NCBI GenBank assembly: GCA_964016885.1
Contig: OZ024745.1
Location: forward strand, 47,926,001 to 47,990,000
Source: Eledone cirrhosa
Taxonomy: Eukaryota
Direction: 5' to 3'
Length of the DNA stretch: 64,000 nucleotides
Shown one piece after another: positions 51,046 to 63,550 of this stretch. The notes beneath the pieces were generated by a model that worked only from the letters and a program-made list of their open reading frames with translations, ran no database searches and had not been told where the DNA came from. Position numbers and translations under genes: made by a program. Numbering within the stretch: position 1 is the stretch's first letter; each line of letters begins with the position of its first letter.

Positions 51046-51320
51046 ACTGGCCTAGTGGTTAGGATGTTAGACTTACGATCATAATGTCGTGGGTTCGATT
51101 CCTGGACTGGGTTGTGTGTTGTGTTCTTAAGCAAAACACTTCTTTCACGTTGCTCCAGTATACTCAGCTCAAAATGAGTAGCAGCAATAGCAGGGGGTTT
51201 AACCCTACAATGGACTGGCGTCCTGTCCAGCGTTAAGTCTTGTACTCTCAGTTGCTTAACGCCACAGAAACCAGAATATGCACTGGCCTGATGAGCCTCA
51301 GGGTTCAAGACAGACTTTTT
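51046..51320 (+). mobile_element. tRNA SINE with CORE-like and V-like domains
   Basis: tggcctagtgg A-box, gggttcgattcc B-box, cttaagcaaaacactt CORE-like, tggactggcgtcctgtccag V-like, stem-loop tail ending cagacttt. Confidence 0.8.
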
Positions 51321-53758
51321 AAATTCAATTCCATATGACACACAAACAATAACAGTGGTGATGGTGGAGGGACGGGGGGTTAAGACCCCCTTCAATTTCT
51401 ATGACACAATATCAGTGGTGGTGGTGGCAACAAAGTTCATCAACAAGGAAATCAATTAAAACTTACTAACTTCTAAAATCGTCCCATCCTGAAGAACTTA
51501 CCACTTCTTCAGTGAAAATAGAACCCCCCACCCCACCCCCCACACCCCATGATACAAGTACAAATGGAGCAATTCTGCATCGTTCTTCCACAAATTCTGA
51601 TCATGTGTGGTATTATCTGAGAAAACTAATATTCTCAGTTCTGACCTAACTACTTCCAAAGTCTTCTTTGATCTTCCTCTATTTACATGTACATGACTGA
51701 GAGATTAAGAAGTTTGCTTTGCAAGGCCCAAAGATCAATCCTTCTGTTTGGCATCTTGGGCAATTTTCTTTACCATAACCTCAGATCAACCCAAACATTG
51801 TGAGTGAAACTAGATAAACAGAAACTATGTGGGAGCCCATCAGATTAATTGTACCTGTAATTCAATAGTTTAGCTAGCCTTGTTACGTATTGTCACATCA
51901 ATCCAGCTTAGGAATTACATTATGGGTGCACGTGTGAACTACTCAACTATTTACATTTTAATTCATGAAATGGACATTCAGCTGAACAAACTAAATGCTC
52001 ATTCTCAAAACTAACAAGTCCATCCATGTCTACATTCTAATTACTTCCAGCAAATTTCAAGTTGAAAGCACAATAAGTTACATAATACAAATAGACTGAG
52101 CACATATACAGCTAACATATTTTCCCTTATAAGATAATATCAGTCATTAATCTTACTTCCCAAATAAACCGAACTATCTATCCTCTGTATTCAGCTTATC
52201 AGCAAGTGCACAAACTGTAACTGTTACAATAACTACGTAATAATGTAACCAAGCTCAGATTGGCTTGATCATATAGTGAATCGAACAAATCTTTTTGATT
52301 GCTATATTTTACGACTACCACATTCTGGTGTAATGTGGCAGGTTGGCCTTAGAGTGAGAATTTAAAATATTATCTCTTTAACTCATAATATCCTTTAATG
52401 ATTTAACAGAAAACATTAAAAAAACAAGTATTTTAATTCAAATGTTTATAGTATCTTCACTAGTAAAATCATTATTTTTATGTTAACTATATTGCTAGCA
52501 TGGGTTGGATAAGGCTTTTTGTGGTAATGTTTTACAGCCGGATGCACTTCCCGACACCAAACCTTTTAGTTGCATCTTATGACAGGCAGAGATACAGTGT
52601 ACCTATTCTAAACCAGATACATGGTGAACATTTTCAGTATTAGAGTAAAGAATTTCATATTTAATGAGATGTAGTCATAGTACTGCTTTTTAACTTTTGA
52701 AGGGTGTTTTGCTATTGCAGTACAAGATGTTAAGAGTTAAAGATAGTATATTGTTTGTTGAAAGAGATTAGGTTGCTACTTTGAGCAGGTCAATGAATTA
52801 ATGATAGTTTGTCATAACTGTGTTATCATAAGTACCAGAAAATATATAATTATAGAAATGAAAAAAAGTAATAAAGTATTAATGACAAAGTATAAAGAAA
52901 GATAAGAAAGCACAAGTAGAAATATATTCTGTCAGGAAAATAAACTGGCCTAAGATGCAAGTACGCTAGAGTTGAAATGTGATAGTACTAGTTCCACAAT
53001 AAAATGCACCCAGCCCACCCTGTAATGTGGTAGTGCTGGTGCCATGATAAAAAGCACTCAGTTCATGCTATAAAGGGATAGTGTCAGAGTCATGATAAAA
53101 ATGCTCGCGATCCATGCGGTAATGTGGTTGGAATTAGGAAGGCTCACAGCCATAGAGATAAAACCAAAAATAGAGCATACAAGCAAGATGTGGTCACCTG
53201 ATCAGTCAAGTCTCAGTACATGACAACCAGTCTAACCCATGTAAGCATGGAAAATAGACTTAAACAGTGATGATGATCTAATATTGTTACAGAAGTTTAT
53301 TAATTTGTAATAAGGCTTTGATAACAAGAATATGACATACAGTAGTATGTTAAGACAGTATTACTTTAACACTAATCAATTCTAATATATAAAGCTTAAT
53401 TACTGAGAAATGGAGAAAGGGTCACTGTGAATGGTGACCAAGAGCCTGCAACCTTGGCTCAGACATTCATGCTACTAAAACCAAAACTCAACTTACTAAA
53501 AATAAAAATTGAATTTCCCTCAAATCACACTCCATGTTAATATGATAAATGACATTAGACAATGTAGTTCCAGATGGCCATAAAAAGATTGGACAGTCAT
53601 AGCTGGAATGTCTTTAGCTATAGATCTATTTGATCAAGGTCAACCTGGGTTAAACAATAACTACAGAAAATAGTTGTCTGTCATTGTAGGGCCCCTAAAG
53701 AAGGAGCAAATGTCAAGATATAGTGTAATAGAAAAAGAACAAAACTGACTACTCTTAC

Positions 53759-53885
53759 CATCTTGATTTGTATCGATGTTACGGAAAAACAGCCGCAGTT
53801 TCTTCTCATGTTCAGCAACATATTGGACAAACTCAGCAAAGTTTACCTGGCCATCTTTTGATATATCTGTCTTTTCAAAGAATCT
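53759..53885 (-). CDS. SLC25A25: SCaMC internal exon (127 nt): EF-hand 2 and start of EF-hand 3, RFFEKTDISKDGQVNFAEFVQYVAEHEKKLRLFFRNIDTNQD(G)
   Basis: Acceptor tttctaacag|AGATTC, donor CAAGATG|gtaaga; EF loop DISKDGQVNFAE and family motif HEKKLRL. Not in the ORF track. Confidence 0.93.
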
Positions 53886-54890
53886 CTGTTAGAAAGAAAA
53901 CAAGAAAGTTTGATAAAAATATATATATATATATATATTTTGCCATAAAAAAAACTCAATATTTTAAAAGACAAAAAAAAAAAAAAAAAAGCCAGCATCA
54001 CATTACACCCATTTTGAGCTAGATTTGACTGGGAATGCTACCCCTATCTCACAGTGTTGACAAGAGAGCCAATGGTAAAACAGCAGTTATCTACCTATCT
54101 TCGAATGACAATAACATTTGGCTATCTATTTCCCTACCGCTGTATCTATCTGTCTGTCTCACTGTCAATTTATAATGATTTAAAGAAAATTAGTGTAATT
54201 GATTTAAATGAATGTAAAATGAAATACAGTGATGACCTGAGTGACAAGGAGGGAGAAAATGAATGATTCAAGCATCTTTACATAGAATGTTGTAATCAAA
54301 GAATTTATTAAATTAGATATTTTCTAATAGAAACCCCATCATTTTTGATGGGTACTATACTAGTACACTATATATATACATCATCAGCACCACTTTACGT
54401 CCATTCTTCCACGCTAGCATGGGTTAGACAGGTTGTCCTGTTGTGGGCAATGCCAAGTCAGGTGACCATGTCTTGCTCGTACGGGAACTTATTTTGGCTT
54501 GATTTCTACAGCTGGATGCCCTTCCTAATACCAACCTCATTTACAGTGAGTACTGGGTGCTTTTTTTACTTTGGCGCCTACACAACCACTTTACAATGTA
54601 GAATATATCTTCATAAATTAAATTAATAATGAAATGCCAATTTATACATATAAGTAGAGAGTGTGGATAGTTGAATTAGTTGTGTAATGACACCTGCTTA
54701 ACAATATGGTTAGTTATTTTACTAAATTCCTTCAAAACTTTTATTATCTACATATTGATTTTTAAAAATAGGTGTATTTAATAAAAAAAATATGGTATTA
54801 ATAGGATTAACTCTATGAAAACCAGAAATAATCAGTAGACCTATGAATCTCTGTGATGTTGTAGACAAACAAAATTAACATAATAATAAT

Positions 54891-55153
54891 GAAAGATGGA
54901 AAAACTGGCACATGTGTAATATAATTGTTTTTATTAACTAACCAATGAAAAAATAGCTATTGATGTTTTGGAGTTTAGCTAAAACTATTGTCATATATTG
55001 GTTAAGAGTCAGGTGGTTGTATGGGTCAACAATAGAATCTGTTCATGTATTTACTCTAAATTGTTTCAGCTAAACTCCAAAACATCAATAGCTATTTTTT
55101 CATTGACTAGTTAATAAAAACAATTGTATTACACATGCCAGTTTTCCATCTTT
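54891..55153. repeat. Fold-back: ~95-bp inverted arms with ~70-nt spacer
   Basis: aaagatggaaaaactggca...tttggagtttagctaaaac mirrored by gtttcagctaaactccaaaa...tgccagttttccatcttt. Confidence 0.9.
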
Positions 55154-55157
55154 TGTT

Positions 55158-55410
55158 CATCATCATCACCGTTTTACGTCCCTTCTTCCACGCTAGCATG
55201 GGTTAGACGGGTTGTCCTGTTGTGGGCAGTGTCTGGTCGGCTGACCATGCCTTGCTCATACAGGAACTGATTTGGCTTGATTTCTACAGCTGGATGCCCT
55301 TCCTAACACCAACCTCATTTACAGTGAGTGCTGTGTGCTTTTTCATGGCGCCTACTCGTCCACTTTACAGTGAGGGCTGGGTGCTTTTTTGCCGTGGCAC
55401 CTCCACGACC
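55158..55410 (-). mobile_element. SINE/RTE-tail fragment (near-identical copy at 39196-39438, related at 54380-54595)
   Basis: catcatcaccgttttacgtc...gctggatgcccttcctaacaccaacctcatttacagtgagtgct. Confidence 0.82.
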
Positions 55411-55601
55411 ACCTTGTAGTGGGAGGGTGTGGGGGCATATTGTCTATATGCTTCAGCTTGTACCCATGGGAGGTCGGGTACTCTGTATTATATATATATA
55501 GTAATAATTATTTCTACTTTTGGCACAGGCCAGCAATTATCCCAGTGCATTACTGGTACTTTATTTTATCGACCCCTATATATACACACACACACACACA
55601 T

Positions 55602-55642
<41 letters not shown>

Positions 55643-55850
55643 ACACACTATCTTTGGGAATTGCTAGCCTTGTGCCAAAATCAGAAACAATCATTTATTA
55701 TTTCAAATTCAGAGTGAAGTTCCATAGATATGTTGCATGCAGCTTTTCAGGGACAATTTTTTAAGTAAAAGTATTCAAAATTACTGATCAGTTTTGTGGC
55801 AGGAGCTCAACAAAACACTGGACACCATGTTTTACTACTTTATTTTATAC

Positions 55851-55930
55851 AATATCTACTTCAATTGGTGAAATAAAGTAATAAGTAGTTAATATCTACT
55901 TCAATTGGTGAAATAAAGTAATAAGTAGTT
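55851..55930. repeat. Perfect 40-bp tandem duplication
   Basis: aatatctacttcaattggtgaaataaagtaataagtagtt x2. Confidence 0.95.
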
Positions 55931-57021
55931 AACCCATTAGAGCTGGCAGAAGTGGGAAAATGTAATAGGAGGAATTTATACTTAGAGATGATAAGGTCTA
56001 GAGATGGATTTCAAGTTTACTTCCCACCTATCAGGAACTAAAACTGCTTATGTAATTAAAAAAAAAAAAAAAAAAAACTAAGTGGTTATTCTTACTCTAT
56101 GACTGAAGACTGTAGATATAAGCTAACATGGCTAACATGTTTTGTTTGTAATATATATATATATATATATATTTTACTGCTGACATATTTCCCATCATTC
56201 GGTACACAAGTACTGTGGTGTATATATGCTTATAATTAAGCACTGCCAATGGAATTTATGACTATTTAAAGAATTTAGAGAGAATGGATTATATTATTGT
56301 CTTAGTTCTACAGTAAGCCACGCATATAATTCAATACATTTTACTTTAGGATTTACATTAACATCTCTACAAAGAATATTTATTTAGCCAATTAATTTGT
56401 TTTTCTAGACAAGCTAATTAATGAAGGATATTCTATACCAAATTTTAGCTACAAAATATAAATGGACTATCAGGGCTGAATAATTTACTATGAACAAAAA
56501 TAAATACAAGAAAACTTGAATTTAGCAAACTTTTTCTTACTCATTGCAATGTTTGGCTTTGAATTTTATCTTAAGTTGCTTCCATGTCTAGTTGCTAAGT
56601 TGATTGAATAAAATAAAATTGAAAATTTCAGAAAGCCTAAGAGCTATTTATGATAGGCTAAAGAATCACAGGTTCCTGGCCCCTGTTCTCTGCTAGAAAT
56701 AACGAAACTGTTTATTAGACACCTGGAAAAGAACAGTAATAAACTTAAATTCCAACTTTGTTAACTCTTTTGATACCAAAACACCTCTGGTTCTACAATA
56801 CAAAATTGTTTATTTTAAAGTGTTTACATTTATCTATTATCATTCCATCATAATTTTATGTGAGAATCTTTGTTAAGCTATGTTCTAAACACCAACTTAA
56901 TAAAACAGTTTGATTATTAAATCCTTTCAAATTCTTGATTTATTTTCAAAATGATTTGAAAATTATGGGTAGTATATAAAATTATGTCTTTCGTTGAAAA
57001 TACAGTAATGAAAGGGTTATA

Positions 57022-57807
57022 CAAGGTGTGTCAGAAAAGTAACAAGGCTTAGTACTGTGTGAGCAATGAGTGGGGTATGGATTAGCAGATAGCGTCACCA
57101 TATGACATAATACTTGGGGAGTATATACCTGCGATCTCAGGTCTCTGCAGTCATTGTTTGTTTTTTCATGTAATTTTGTTAACAGCTCCTCAATTTTAGG
57201 CTGTCAAGCAATGGGCACAGAGCAACGAACCAACCTGAAGTTTCTGGTCCGGCCCGGGAAAACTATCAGAAGCATTCGGAATACTGCAGCAAGCGTATGA
57301 AGATAAGAAAATGTTGAACTCATGGGTTTTCAAGTGGTACATAAGGTTCAAAAAGAGACACAAGAGTATGGAAGACAAGCCCCAGCAAGACTGAGGCAGG
57401 TGGTGCATGGTAATCATCTGTTGACTGTTCAACTGATCACAAGTGAGCTAGGCATGAACTACAACAGTGTTTGGAAGATTATGACCGAAGAGTTGAGCAT
57501 TCAGAAGATCTGTGCGAAGAAGGTGCTGAACAATGACCAGAAGGAGCAGCACATGCAGGTGTGTCAGGAAATCCTCTAACCTCTTGAAACCAAACCTGAC
57601 TTGCTGGGGCAAGTCATCACAGGTGACGAGTCTAAGGGATCCATTTTCCGGATGTGGAAACTATCAACGGAGCTGCAGAGAATTCTTCCAAGAGTGCATT
57701 AGATTTGAGGGGGATTATTTCGAAGGAGAAAACTTTTAGTTTGTAGCAGGGATTTGAAATTTTTTTTTTTTGCTGCCCTAGTCCTGTTTCTTTTCTGACA
57801 CACCTCA
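57022..57807 (+). mobile_element. Internally deleted mariner-family DNA transposon
   Basis: TA-flanked TIRs CAAGGTGTGTCAGAAAAGTAACA / TGTTTCTTTTCTGACACACCTCA; transposase remnants EQRTNLKFLVRPGKT, WVFKWYIRFK, VITGDES, CIRFEGDYFEG. Confidence 0.9.
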
Positions 57808-60794
57808 TATTTTAAATTTGTTTACAAAAAAGTATTAAAGATATTTAAATATGAAACTCTTTTGCCAACAGGAACCATTAAGAGACCCTAGTCACATTAG
57901 AATAATAAAGCTGGCTATTTAAAACATGAACATATAATTTTTTAGATACTTCATAATATTTCAGCTTTTTTTTTTTAGCCAGGGTACAAAGGGCTGTGGT
58001 CATGACTATTTTCAGCATCCTTAAATTGGGGACCTGATCCCAATGTTTGCAATAGAGTGGTCTCTGTTAAAGGAACTAAAGAGTCACCAAGTAGACCTTA
58101 TAGATATTTGAACCCAGAACACAAAGAGTAGGATCAAATACTGAAAGGGATCTCTTCTCTTTTGATGCGATAACAATTTTGGTAATTCACTACACAGAAT
58201 GGTAATGGTACTTTATCATCCCTTAAAGGATGAAAGGCAATGTTTGAGCATGGTGAAATTTGAACTCAGAGCACAGAGTGAGAAAAATACCACAAAATAT
58301 TTTGTCATATGATCTGACTGCCAATTCGCTACTTCTAAGTGGAGAGAGAAGAAATGAGATATTGTTGTGTTCATGGCTTTCTCTGTTACATAAGTGAAAT
58401 TTACAACCAGAAACTGAGGCACAGGTTTGGTTGGCCAAGAACAAATACAATGAAAACCACGACACAAATAATATTACATACATGCGATAAAAGACATTTT
58501 GAAGTATGTAAACGAAACTGAAATGGATGTAATTCTAAAGAGCTAAGAATGCCTATCCCAAAGAGGTTAAGAAGAACAGAGTAAATAGCAAAATACTGAT
58601 TATGGAAGGAGAGGAAACTGAACAAAGAGAATATAGTGGGAGTGAGACAAAGTAGTAGGCTTGATGTTTATTTAGTTATAGACTAACTTAACACATAATC
58701 AAGTTAACAGTAAAACCAAATACTGTTTCATAATAACAGCTATCCTCCTGCACTAGACAAAGGCTGTTTGTAGAGTGAAATTGTTCCAATGTAATACTTT
58801 ATTTAAATGTTGCAACTTTTCTACTCCTCATACTGTTGCTGCACATTCACACAGAATCAGAAGACATCTAATTTTGTCGGATGCACTACAAAGTTTATAC
58901 TTTATAACATCTTTTCTTTTGCTAGTCAATCTGACCTGGTTTTTTTCTTTTATTTTAAAAATAAACATTTTACCATGGTTACTTTTTAAAAAAATACACT
59001 TATTACTTATTGAGAGCAGTTAAAAATCAAATGAGCAGACATGCAGAAGAGTATAAATATACTTAATTTGTAAAACACACCCTTGAGAAATAAGAAATTC
59101 AGCAACACAAATTGTATAGCTAACATTCTCATGGTCATTTTAACAAATAAGCCTTCCCAAATATATCCATATCTAACCACCTCATTTATAAAATTGTGTT
59201 TTTTGTTTATTTGCTTGGGTGTCTGCTTCAAATTATTAAAACAATAAAGCACAATTATTTTTTATCAAGCTGCCAGGATATTACGTATATGAACCTGTTT
59301 GGTTCAACATAAAATATGTATGCAAATAACAGATAAGAAAAATGAAATCAGTTATATAACAAATAATATACAGTAGAAGTAACTTATACACATATTGAAA
59401 TAAATCCTTTCAGATATATGTTAGTGGCTATAAGAGTTAGTTGCACAAAATATGTTCAAAGGAAGAAAGGAATTTCCTTTTAACCTTTTGCTTAAATCTC
59501 TTGTGAAAATATTTTAGATAAATATAAACACTTAAAACTAAACAGCTCTGTATAGTAGAACCAGGAGTGGTTTCAGGCAGTTTGGTATCAAAAGGGATAA
59601 AGTAGGAGGTAGATACACCATATCTTTTCATATAGACAGGTAGATACACCATATCTTTACATATTGTACGAGGTGACCAAAAGGGTTGGGGTCAAGAATG
59701 GCATCTGGCTATAAAAACATTGTTTCAAAACATTCCACCAACCCATGCCAGCAGAAAAGTAGACATAAAAACAATGATGATGACAAAAGATAAATACTTT
59801 GGCAATAAATGGAGGCCTCTTATTGCAGAATCTTTACATTTCTATATTTCTGAGAAGAGTTACGACCAGTGGGAGTTTACACAAAGAAACAACATAAACC
59901 TGCTTTTCAATCTGTAGACCTTTTGTATGTTCAAAGTCAATTAATAGAGTTATTTATTAAAATTATACATGCATATTTTATTCAGTTTTCATAATGATGC
60001 ATATAATATAGGTAGTAGAGGTGCCACCACAAAAACACCCAGTCCACCCTGTAAGGTGGTAGGGCCAGAATCACGATAAAATGTTCCCAGTATATACTGT
60101 AAAGTGGTTGATGTTAGAAAGGGCATCCAACCATATAGACCAAGCTGAAAATGGAATTTATGAGCAAGCATGGAAAATAGATGTTAAAGTGATGATGATG
60201 TTATCTAAAATTGTATTATGTTGAAAGTATGTTATATAATTTGATGCATTAGATATTCAAATACAAAATTTACCATCAAGTAATATCAGCATGTATTTAA
60301 TTCTGGGTCAATAGATTCATAACATAGTATAAACGTAATTACAATGGTAGATAAATAATTATCTCCTGTCTACTACATTAACACTGGACCACTCAAATGA
60401 CAAATCTGCTGTAAATTCAACATCAATCTGTTGACATTTCAAGAGAACTGGAAAATGTCATTTTCCAGACTGCTGGATACTAGAAATGTATTTAAAACTC
60501 AAACTTGGACACACACAAATTCGGATCGGGAAATATTTACAGCTGACGAAGGAATCTCCTTTCTTCCTTTCTCCTCTTGTTCTGTCCTAACCACCATCCT
60601 AAACCTTGTTTTTAGTAACCACACAGCTCCTTTTGTTTCATATCTATATCTATATATATTTTTATGGTCATTTACATTAGAATGGCTACATTTCAAATAT
60701 ATAAATAGTCCCTTATGGGTCATTGGGTAGCGTATTAGACTAGGAAACTAGACCCATGCTAGTGTGGAAAATGGACGTTAAACGATGATGATGA

Positions 60795-60925
60795 TATATA
60801 TGCAAAACGTCAACGGAAACAACAAAGCAAACAACAGTATAATAAAAAAAAATGTTAGTTTAACAGTTGATATATTATGAAAAGAGACTTTACGTTTTGG
60901 ACACTAGTCCTTAATCAGAAGATCA
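60795..60925 (-). mobile_element. Short hammerhead-bearing repeat, copy 2 (continues at 62717-62800 after nested SINE and CR1 insertions)
   Basis: Minus strand CTT-CTGATTA-A-GGAC-TAGT-GTCC-AAAA-CG-TA-AAG at 60888-60921. Confidence 0.62.
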
Positions 60926-61300
60926 TTTCATTTTACGTCCACTTTTCCCTGCTTGCAAGGGTGGGGCGGGAACTGATTCTGGCTTAATTTCTACAGCTGG
61001 ATGCCCTTCCTAACACCAACCTCATTTACAGTGAGTGCTGGGTGCTTTTTTCCGTGGCGCCTAGACGTCCACTTTACAGTGTGGGCTGGGTGCTTTTTTG
61101 CCGTGGCACCTCCACGGCCACTTTGCAGTGAAATGATATGGACCCCAGTCCTATCATCTCATTTCTACAGCTGAGTGAACTGGAGCAATGTGAAATAAAG
61201 TGTCTTGCTCAAGGAAACAACACATAACCTGGTCTGAGAATTGAACTCACAACCTTTCGATTGCAAGGCCAATGCTCTAACCACTAAGCCATGTGCCTCC
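60924..61300 (-). mobile_element. Full-length tRNA-CORE-Meta SINE
   Basis: Reverse complement of the 42498-42851 family. Confidence 0.88.
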
Positions 61301-61303
61301 ATA

Positions 61304-62720
61304 GAATAATAATAATAAAGAAATTATTGTGTACAGTGCTCAGGTGCACTACAACTCATCAAAGGTGCATGTATAGTACATAGAATAATGTACAAATGTC
61401 AGGAAAATGAACAGTGTATGAGTCATGATATAATAATAATAATGAAATATTGTGTACAGTGCCCAGGTGCACCACAACTCATCAAAAAGTGCATGTACAG
61501 TACATAGGGCAATGCACAAACATCAGTAAAATGAACAGTGCACGAGTCATGATACACACATGTGTGCATGTGTATGGAAGGGGTACATCAGGTGTAGTTT
61601 TGGCGTATTTCGGGAAGCATGAGTGTCTTAAAGGATGCAGTGTCTCGGCAGCTAACAACTGACGCAGGCAGTTTGTTCCATGCTTCAGCAACTCTGAGCG
61701 TGAAAAAATGTCTACGAAAGTCATGGGAGTTGTGCTGTTTTCTGATTTTGTAGGCATGTTAGACACATGGAGATCAAAAAGGTGCTCAGGGTTGCAATTG
61801 GCGAGATGGTTAATAACTTTGTGGGTATTCACCAAGTCCATTGCCAGACGTCGGAGCTTCAATGAATCCATCCCCAGGGAAGCAAGGCGTTCAGAGTATG
61901 GTAGGTGTCTGATGGAGGGTACGCGCCCGGCCGCACATCTCCGAAAGTTTCCAGGAGGCCAACGTTCTGAGCAAGATAGGGGCTCCAGACTGATGATGCG
62001 AATTCCAAGTGTGGTCGTACCATAGCTGTATACAGTTTTAAATAGATGGCTGGAGAGTGGCTAACAAAGGTCTTGCTGAGTGATGCCAAGACACCCTCGG
62101 CCTTCTTGACAATCTTAGAGACATGCTTTGTCCAACGCAAATCGCTGCTGACAGTAATGCCCAGGTCACGTTCACAAGAGGACTTCTTGATATCAGTGTT
62201 GTGGAGGGAGTATGTGGACGCTGGATTTTTCCTTCCAAAATGCATGGTGGTACACTTGTCCACAGCCAGCTTCAGTTGCCAGTCTGTGATCCATTGCTGC
62301 ATTGTGTCCAGGTCTGATTGTAGGAAAGAGTTGTAAATTTCAGGATCAGTCCTTTTGATTTCAAGGTACAGCTTCATGTCATCTGCATATTTCAGTACCG
62401 TGGCATTCTGTAAGTTGGCATCTATGTCATTAATATATGCCACAAACAAAAGGGGACCAAGAACAGATCCCTGTGATACACCAGATGACATCTCATATGG
62501 TGAAGAATGCTGTCCTAGAACCGTGACTACTTCTTTTCGGCTGAGAATGAAGGATTTCAACCAGTTGAAAAGATCATCCCTCACACCCATTGCAGAGAGT
62601 TTTGCCATAAGTCTTTTGTGTGGCACAGAATTAAAAGCCTTAGCAAAGTCAAGGTAAACAACATCCACCCATGAGCCGCTGTCAGTGATCCGGGTGATGT
62701 CTCTCGATAAGCTGATCACA
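61304..62720 (-). mobile_element. 5'-truncated CR1-clade LINE with duplicated 3' tail
   Basis: ORF 61859..62719 (YLDFAKAFNSVPH, GVSQGSVLGPLLF, YADD); 3' UTR ends at ~61431 and an extra 3'-UTR copy occupies 61304-61430. Confidence 0.92.
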
Positions 62721-63178
62721 GAATGAGATAGAATGAGAAATAAAAATGAAAAAGTAAAAAAGAGAACGAGAAGGAACGAAAAAACATTTTTTTAGTGACA
62801 GCAGGTATATCCAGTCAGCCATATATATATACTAGCATAGTACCTGTCAAAAATGCTTAAATCTTCAATTTTTCCTGGACATGCTCCTCCCTCTTGTCTC
62901 GTCATGACTATATTTCATTTTTACATTCATCTAAATCAATTTCAAATATAGATACACGGGAAAATATAGATTGACATGCAGGAAGATATATAGAGAGAGA
63001 AAGAGAGGTTGACAGATAGTGAAATATTTTTTTCAGTCTGAAGATAGATACATAAGTAGCTAGTTAGCTAGCTATTGCCAACCATCTTGTCAAACCGTGA
63101 GAGGTGGGGAGGGAGGAAGACAAATCTAGCACGAAGTGGTTGTAACTTGATTCCTCTGTTTTATTAATTTGATATATA

Positions 63179-63550
63179 CATCATCATTTTACGTCCGCTT
63201 TTCCCTGCTTGCAAGGAAGGGACGGGAACTGATTCTGGCTTAATTTCTACAGCTGGATGCCCTTCCTAACACCAACCTCATTTACAGTGAGTGCTGGGTG
63301 CTTTTTCTTCCGTGGCGCCTACACATCCACTTTACAGTGTAGGCTGGGTGCTTTTTTTGCCGTGGCACCTCCATGACCACTTTGATGATAGGGAGCCCTG
63401 TCCTATCATCTCATTTCTACAGCTGAATAAACTGGAGCAATGTGAAATAGTGTCTTGCTCAAGGAAACAACACATCACCAGGTCTGAGAATTGAACTCAC
63501 AACCTTTCGATTGCAAGGCCAATGTTTTAACCACTAAGTCATGTGTCCCC
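63179..63550 (-). mobile_element. Full-length tRNA-CORE-Meta SINE
   Basis: Same family as 60924-61300. Confidence 0.88.

Larger units (their letters stand above)
4143..53885 (-). other. SLC25A25: Partial gene span (5 internal coding exons) of a calcium-binding mitochondrial carrier, SCaMC / SLC25A23-24-25 family
   Basis: Exons 53759-53885, 43693-43780, 10942-11053, 4754-4912 and 4143-4283 splice GT-AG in phases 0-1-2-0-0-0 into a 209-codon open frame with three EF-hand loops and the carrier signature PLDRLK...[10 protein letters not shown]. Symbol is the closest family name; an invertebrate gene is probably co-orthologous to SLC25A23/24/25. Confidence 0.93.

Noticed and set aside
51285-51320. 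CTGATGAGCC...GGTTC as a hammerhead
   Set aside because: No GAAA or stem III follows; it is the stem-loop tail of a SINE.
51489-51520. CTGAAGA...GAAA motif and a strong minus-strand donor GTG|gtaagt
   Set aside because: No cleavage triplet or stem I; no matching acceptor with an open phase-1 frame identified.
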